Positions 58,701 through 62,338 of a stretch of 62,338 bases of DNA are shown in pieces; the first letter of the stretch is position 1, and each line of letters opens with the position of its first letter. Source of the stretch: Betaproteobacteria bacterium. Lineage in GTDB: Bacteria > Pseudomonadota > Gammaproteobacteria > Burkholderiales > SG8-41. The position numbers were made by a program, and so were the translations under genes. The notes under the pieces were generated by a model. The model saw only the letters and a list, made by a program, of their open reading frames with translations, ran no database searches and had not been told where the DNA came from. The stretch lies in the NCBI GenBank assembly GCA_016199545.1, contig JACQGN010000031.1, forward strand, positions 1-62,338, read 5' to 3'.

Positions 58701-61700
58701 CAGGTTCGTAATCGAAGCATTCACCCCCGCTGTCACCGATACGTTATCTTTGCTCGCGGCGATCGCGCCCAGGGTGACGCTACCCGGCGTGGAGCTGAAT
58801 GCCGAGCCTGCCTGGAACGTCGTCTGCTTTGCGATGCCGCCAGCCACGCGCGTGTAGTTGTCTACCTGGAGATCCCTGCTGGCGCCCAGCACCACGGAAA
58901 GCGGCTCGATGGTCGGGGTCGGAGGTGAGCAATTGAAGATGCATTGATCGAAGGCGAATTGGGCGCCCGGGGAGACAATCCCGACCTGGTCGCCTTTCGG
59001 CACGTTCACGGCAGTGGCGACGAGGTTGCCGTTCGGCACTCGTAGCTGTACGAATGGGTTGGTATTGAAGATGCGGGTGTCGAAACCGCTCGAAATATCG
59101 AGCGTGTTCGCCGTCACCGTGGTGTCAGTGGCCGAGACGTTCAGGTTTATCGACCCAGACTTCGTGAGGCTTCCCGCGTAGCTCGCTCCCGTCGCTGCCA
59201 CGCCGACCTGCATATTGAGAGAATTCGGGCCCGTCGTCCCGACGATCTGCGTGTTGAATTCCCCGTTCGGACTGAAGCTCAAGCTGCTCCGCGCATCGAC
59301 GCGCACCGGTGTGGCGGCGGTGCCGATGCCGCCTCCGCCGGTGGTTCCGTTGAACGCAGTCGTGCCGAGCGTGACGTTGTTTGCAGTAATAAGCGACGTG
59401 GCGCTCTGCGCGAGGATCGGCCCGGCGTTGGAGAACACGTTGACCGACGAGTTGATGCTTTCGAAACGCTCGTCCGCGTAAGCATCGCCGAAACTTGCCT
59501 TGTTCAAGAAGTTGGTCGGTGCCGTTGCCGTCACGGTTCCCACATTGACGCCCTGTTCGCCGCTCAGGCTGACTGAGGCGCTGCTGCAGAAACCATTGGT
59601 AAAGCACTGTGTCGTCGTCGCCGCCACGGTGTTCGCGTTGAGCACCGTGTCGGAGAACAGGCTGACCGAGGCGGAACCTGAACTGTTCGTTGCATTTGCA
59701 GTCACGCTTGAAGCGTTGTTGACTCGGAAGCTGCTGATGCTTCCGGCAGTCGCAGTCAGCGAGACCGCGCCCGTCGTATCCAGTGGCGCGCCACTGCTGT
59801 TGCTCAGGCTGCTGCCCGAAAGTGTGATGTTACCGTTGCCGGCGAGAATCGAGCGCGTTGATACCGAGAACGGCGCCGTAATCGAAACCGCCCCGCCTGC
59901 CGGACCAGTGCCGCCCGCACGCGTGTCGATGGTGGAGAAGGTGCTGAAGCCGCTGTTGCCCGAAGCGATGGTGACGGGGCCACCGCTCGTCGTAATCGCG
60001 CCTGACATTGAAATGAAGTCCGGCGCCGACGCATTGAAACTTCCGCCGGTGACTGCGCCTAGCTGAAGCGAGGTGTTCGACACTGCGCCGACTCCGCCGG
60101 CTCCTGCGTCCACTGTCAGCGCTGATGCCTGAATCGCGCCGGTGGTGGAAGTCACGCTGACCGCCCCGCCCGCCGTCGCGATCGTCGAACCCGCGAACGT
60201 TTGGATAACGGGTGCCGTCAGGGAAACAGCACCGCCCGCAGTCGTGATGTCCGCACCAAGTTCAAGCCTGTTCGGGATATTGTTAATCTGCGCGTTGGTC
60301 GCAAGGCCCAATGGGTCGGGCAACACGGGAGCCGTATAGGTGCCCACGGTCGCGGTCAGCCCTTGGCCCGGAGTCGCGCTCAAATCGATCGGATCAATGA
60401 TCCGCATGAAGCGTGTCGCGTGCAGCGCCACGTTGCCCACCACGTTGGCCAGCGTCGCCGGCGACACCGTGGCCGCGTTACTCGGGAAGAGTACCGGGAC
60501 AAAGTTCGGATCGGGAATCGTTGCGTCCAGACCACCACCCGTAAAAACGAATACGTCCGGCGGATCGAGCAGCAGCGTGCCGAGCCCGCCCTGCGGCGCA
60601 CCGAGGCTGGCGCTGCCATCGAAAATCAGATTTTGTTTCCCCGAAACTTCGGCGAATCCGCCGTTTCCGCCGCCCGGCCCGCCGCGTGCGCTCAGGCTGC
60701 CATAGAACCGGGTCTTGTCATCCGACCACACGATGATGCGGCCCCCATCGCCGGCCTGCGACGCATCCGCGCGCAGTGTCGCCGACGCGCCGACGAAGGC
60801 ATTGGTCGCGTTCTGGATGAGCGCATTGCTACCCTGGAAGTCACCACCGACCCGTATACCACCGCCGCCGGCGCTGCCCGATGCGTCCACCACTGCGTCA
60901 CCGACGAGCGAAACGTCGTTCCCGAGAAGGCTGATGCTTCCGCCTTGCCCGGCGCTGCCTTGAGCGCTGACCGTGCCTGCGATCTGCGCTGCCCCGTGTG
61001 GGGACTGCACGGTAATGCTGCCGCCGCTCCTGCCGTCGGCTGCGATCGTGCTGCCGGCTGCGATCTGGACTTCGTTTTGGCCTTTCAGAATGACGCGCCC
61101 GGCTTCATCGTAGACGAGCGCGTTGGCGCGGATGTCGCCGCTATGCCGCAGCGTTCCCGCGAACACCCCTACCGCACCGCCGTCGGCGAGCAACTTGCCC
61201 ACGTTGAGCACGCCGTCGGTCGGCGCCTGCACTTCGAACTGAACCCCTTCCAGATCGAGGCTCATTATCGTAAGACTCCTGCCGGCAGCGAGAATAAGTT
61301 CGCCGCCCGGGGTGTGAATCAGCCCGCTGTTCTCGATCTGCGGCGCGACCAGGATCACCTGCCCGCCGTAGGAGGTGCGGATCCAGCCCTGGTTGATGAT
61401 CGAACCCGAATTGGCATCGCCCTGAAACCTGAGCTTCCCGGCAAGGAAGTCGGCATCCAGCATGTTGAGCGTCGAACCGACGAAACCCGCGGTATCGATC
61501 ACGGCGCCGGGACCCACGACGATCCCGCTTGGATTGATCAGGAATACGCGCCCATTCGACAGCAGTTGGCCCTGAATCTGCGAAATATTTCCGCCGACGA
61601 CACGATTCAGAATCGCGCTGGACGCGGATTGCTGAATGAATCGCGTAACCTCGCTCGCCCCGATCGAGAAACCCTGCCAATGAACGATCGCGCCGGGGGA

Positions 61701-61865
61701 ATTCGTTACATTGAGGGTCGAGGCGTTGGGGCGGGCAAAGCCCACCGTACCATTTACGACCTGCGCACCGGTGGGATTGGCCCAACAGATGCCATCCGCG
61801 AAAATCAGCGCAACGCTCGCCGCGATCAATGCAGATCGCTTGAGCTTAAAGTGCGAACGGTTCAT
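52800..61865 (-). CDS. Two-partner secretion exoprotein (TpsA), filamentous-haemagglutinin-like, 3021 aa
   Basis: Signal peptide, then a TPS domain: NPTGAQVVNGTVGF...LNVTNSPGAIVHWQGFSIG...ILNRVVGGNISQIQGQLLSNGRVFLINPSGIVVG (the NPSG motif is at nt 61524-61535). The remainder is Gly/Ser/Thr/Ala/Asn-rich with a beta-helix-like composition. Acidic C-terminal tail. Confidence 0.9.
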   Translation of the reverse strand: MNRSHFKLKRSALIAASVALIFADGICWANPTGAQVVNGTVGFARPNASTLNVTNSPGAIVHWQGFSIGASEVTRFIQQSASSAILNRVVGGNISQIQGQLLSNGRVFLINPSGIVVGPGAVIDTAGFVGSTLNMLDADFLAGKLRFQGDANSGSIINQGWIRTSYGGQVILVAPQIENSGLIHTPGGELILAAGRSLTIMSLDLEGVQFEVQAPTDGVLNVGKLLADGGAVGVFAGTLRHSGDIRANALVYDEAGRVILKGQNEVQIAAGSTIAADGRSGGSITVQSPHGAAQIAGTVSAQGSAGQGGSISLLGNDVSLVGDAVVDASGSAGGGGIRVGGDFQGSNALIQNATNAFVGASATLRADASQAGDGGRIIVWSDDKTRFYGSLSARGGPGGGNGGFAEVSGKQNLIFDGSASLGAPQGGLGTLLLDPPDVFVFTGGGLDATIPDPNFVPVLFPSNAATVSPATLANVVGNVALHATRFMRIIDPIDLSATPGQGLTATVGTYTAPVLPDPLGLATNAQINNIPNRLELGADITTAGGAVSLTAPVIQTFAGSTIATAGGAVSVTSTTGAIQASALTVDAGAGGVGAVSNTSLQLGAVTGGSFNASAPDFISMSGAITTSGGPVTIASGNSGFSTFSTIDTRAGGTGPAGGAVSITAPFSVSTRSILAGNGNITLSGSSLSNSSGAPLDTTGAVSLTATAGSISSFRVNNASSVTANATNSSGSASVSLFSDTVLNANTVAATTTQCFTNGFCSSASVSLSGEQGVNVGTVTATAPTNFLNKASFGDAYADERFESINSSVNVFSNAGPILAQSATSLITANNVTLGTTAFNGTTGGGGIGTAATPVRVDARSSLSFSPNGEFNTQIVGTTGPNSLNMQVGVAATGASYAGSLTKSGSINLNVSATDTTVTANTLDISSGFDTRIFNTNPFVQLRVPNGNLVATAVNVPKGDQVGIVSPGAQFAFDQCIFNCSPPTPTIEPLSVVLGASRDLQVDNYTRVAGGIAKQTTFQAGSAFSSTPGSVTLGAIAASKDNVSVTAGVNASITNLTSGGGSISTTQGDVAVSNWSSSGSASITSNQGNVTIGLIDTSGGTGSVTVSATGAAAGMVKAQTDGTGVEITSSGSISITATAIGDPSFSNPLDLAGTNVGLTSRNAGAIGAAGKPVVANTQTLAVDAGSGSTFIVSSGTTNLQNLTVTASPSGVGNGGLARVTSNGTNYDFASDGTNFALGGTNFPAAVPAAQFAGGTLSFTAIGGNLALNALDFSASNGSFSATTNGSLANVTQTAGQAINLGTGTISLKADGNVTLEGVNAGGLSVTNATSVVGSGCTTFFGPCGVTSFTANQTLTGTGTWSVTSRGAITTAALQVAGINFTTNGSGNITTGAIGTAGIPASSVSMATTSGSGGNVQINGPMEADSLTISARGNVTIGTGSLPTDQANLIINASNTDAASIDLSTQTGTITVNGALNASSVTFTSPSAISTGNVSPTAIAPASITFNSTSSVDVSTGSLDATSVVAQSACNFYCPPGDITINGAIGGTTAATTVSLDGTSGTVLSVAGPVTLDTSASTNLFMRSSGAITLGGAVTSGIDQSFGIFAGTTLTGASGGPLNAITAGDGSGITLSAGTGNVLTPFQFTRIDAGATGSVTVTAPAGIKQNTGGAFDGITAGTVTLSATAAGSAIEGPASTTPLPLVLRETSDLTLNTGGSVRLDRTGASGPPLLSNLNITRSDSTALFDLAGFATGQNVTVTNVAGGVDLGVSNTTGTPLNFTYRNTDAAVVGNVTGTGITTGGGAVVLSATGILTTGAIDSRSGVTTTPDGFIDLAGGALLNVNGTVNSGASSIDGSASAVSGTGQLISTSPNSVSVTAFSGNIGTSGTPLAISAPTVTLRASGSNPSGNVFANLTATNNLTLDADDGFTVTSSVPLSTLNLTTFSTGVGPVSLGTDTSQNFGFVRNGTTLDVTGVTSTAPLTSFTLTTIGSLTAKGSIAADNLTLNASGGTLTLDGSTSALMLSSVAQDLDGQNVVITGTVNASATSSQSIFGSSSVNFTGTGTLSSGGNQSIDSFGNIDITSQGGAINITGSSQSITPNGNLTFSATGGSIAVSGVNQTIRGDGSTSAVTLQGGGTAGQSVTVSASGSQLVQTPDNTTSSIRLLGGGGTDAAVSIVYTGTGTQNVQGGDVILTAGMAAGAAATISTATGSQLVRANRDIKLTADAAEAKIASTSGLEQQVGESRCFGFSCTPQPYQTNNIVLQGGTGAQAAITASGEQRIQADQSAQVLGGSGAGGKASIETNSATNEQRIGCGASGSGESCATTLNTLTLTAGAGGAFAEIVTPGTQRMRGSSNLTLTGHADDGGYARISSGGSLQTIQFGNTTLTAGQGMSSNAEILYSGTGLANFDSQTLALGTMDLTGGGTAGGNTAVARISSSDSRTDRNAQRITASSVTLTGGAGPNSLVEITTLGRQDLSLGVTIMAAGTGGGSLVRINTPADQSLSFSSLSMTANGTDVAPIANASAIVEGQNQSIFAGAITLNGGSGISGSTSDSVIRNLAGNQFVSVNNITMSGGHTLSTAGILNQGTGTQTVNASSGITMQSDPLPPTGTGPALADAFVLIQNTPATDQVINASLSLTNSGLGTVAVTTPAKQTIIANNGGISINTLSTNLNSVTGVMAGGDQLIRARFVDVQTAAGSAGNATLSAAGNQWIHTTSGTSSSSGNSMRVAALGTGTASVTAGTSQLLELDYPEQMQGGTGGNLMIGDVNVSGTSRVKAADQNIFARSITIQSGLVNSVSELKAGTPATGTQTVSTLLGGISVLGGSGDNSLAQIDPLTQTILSNGALNVQGGGGVNAVAQIVSGSAQTIYTTNGDFTLSGGGASGAAAFITNGGPVSILGSTGDVILTPGTAPGADALITVGPGGSGTLFLACGGSCILPVVGSSPTAGALASGGVVIGPALPTGPLPISTATVTNAALATDAANDTIQSLLALEEDQDDTRLEAEPETADAKSTSQPGVPICT

Positions 61866-62081
61866 GCACTCCCCTGCCGCGCCCGGAAACTTCTTTTAAT
61901 CTTCTAAATCAGCTTAAAGTGTATATGACATCTTGTTGATGCTCAAGCCATTTCTTGGTCTGATGCGATTTGCGGTATTGACGTGGCAGACGATACCCGT
62001 GTGTCGCGACCGGGAGCCGGCGACGCAGCCGTAAAAATCAGCTCATCTGTTGTTTTTTTGCCAATTACCGACCGCGAGACA

Positions 62082-62338
62082 TCAACGGCACATGGGCACC
62101 GGCTCGGGAGGGGCGTCTTCGGTTGGCGCAGCCGGGCCAAGATCGGTCGCCACTCTATCCTGAGTCTGCTTCTCCGTTACGATGACCTCCACTGACAAGT
62201 CCGCGAGCGGCGACGAAATCGTGGGCCCTGCGGTCGCGACAATGGTCATCAGCTCGAAGGTCGAAGGCAGATAGTTTGCGCTGAGCGTCGACCCCGCCGG
62301 AAGATTGGTCGTCGCAAACGTGCCACTCACCGTCCCGC
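62082..62338 (-). CDS. 3' end of a gene that continues past the window edge (unknown function)
   Basis: The frame is open to the last base of the window. Translation: ...GTVSGTFATTNLPAGSTLSANYLPSTFELMTIVATAGPTISSPLADLSVEVIVTEKQ... No family was recognised. Confidence 0.4.
   Translation of the reverse strand, partial: GTVSGTFATTNLPAGSTLSANYLPSTFELMTIVATAGPTISSPLADLSVEVIVTEKQTQDRVATDLGPAAPTEDAPPEPVPMCR

Noticed and set aside
52800-61865. TpsA as a contact-dependent inhibition toxin (CdiA).
   Set aside because: No VENN-type demarcation motif was found, no distinct C-terminal toxin-like domain is recognisable, and no small immunity ORF lies downstream. The next gene is a 474-aa FecR-like protein.
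60201-61907. 568-aa ORF on the plus strand opposite the tpsA TPS domain, along with many other plus-strand ORFs across 52.8-61.9 kb.
   Set aside because: The translations are Arg/Ala/Gly-rich and low in complexity. The minus strand encodes a textbook TPS domain and one uninterrupted 3021-codon frame.

Overview
High-GC (hand-counted lines about 65-68% GC) proteobacterial chromosome segment. All family calls come from motif recognition only; no searches were run. A conserved housekeeping block on the minus strand runs from about 36.7 to 48.5 kb: ankyrin, tatD, holB, tmk, mltG, pabC, fabF, acpP, fabG, fabD, fabH, plsX, rpmF and yceD, with maf divergent. The window opens with a truncated tRNA and tRNA-Leu(TAA). 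These are followed by metabolic and signalling genes: DUF1178, a MerR-cyclase fusion, threonine dehydratase, a Bug/TctC binding protein, a crotonase, a family III CoA-transferase and an HD-GYP response regulator. Four accessory regions stand out. (1) At 7.06-11.16 kb, a 106-bp inverted-repeat pair brackets a CHRD lipoprotein, a frameshifted small tyrosine integrase and a DHA2 MFS exporter. (2) At 15.5-32.4 kb, an atypically arranged type I secretion locus has the order HlyB-like ABC, three copies of an unrecognised domain in two genes, a roughly 3030-aa RTX protein with an N-terminal GxSxG hydrolase head, HlyD, and a CptA/YgfX-like membrane ORF. No TolC is present in the window. (3) At 32.7-35.7 kb, a visibly lower-GC insertion (about 47% in sampled lines) encodes a HEPN-motif protein, an AbiC-like two-TM protein and an unassignable 282-aa protein. 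This is my best candidate for an undescribed defence system. (4) At 49.6-61.9 kb, a two-partner secretion locus has a 3021-aa TpsA, a double-FecR-domain protein and a ShlB/FhaC-type TpsB. Short dispersed-repeat-like elements flank the methyltransferase gene at 48.8-49.5 kb. No CRISPR array, rRNA or intact transposase was seen.
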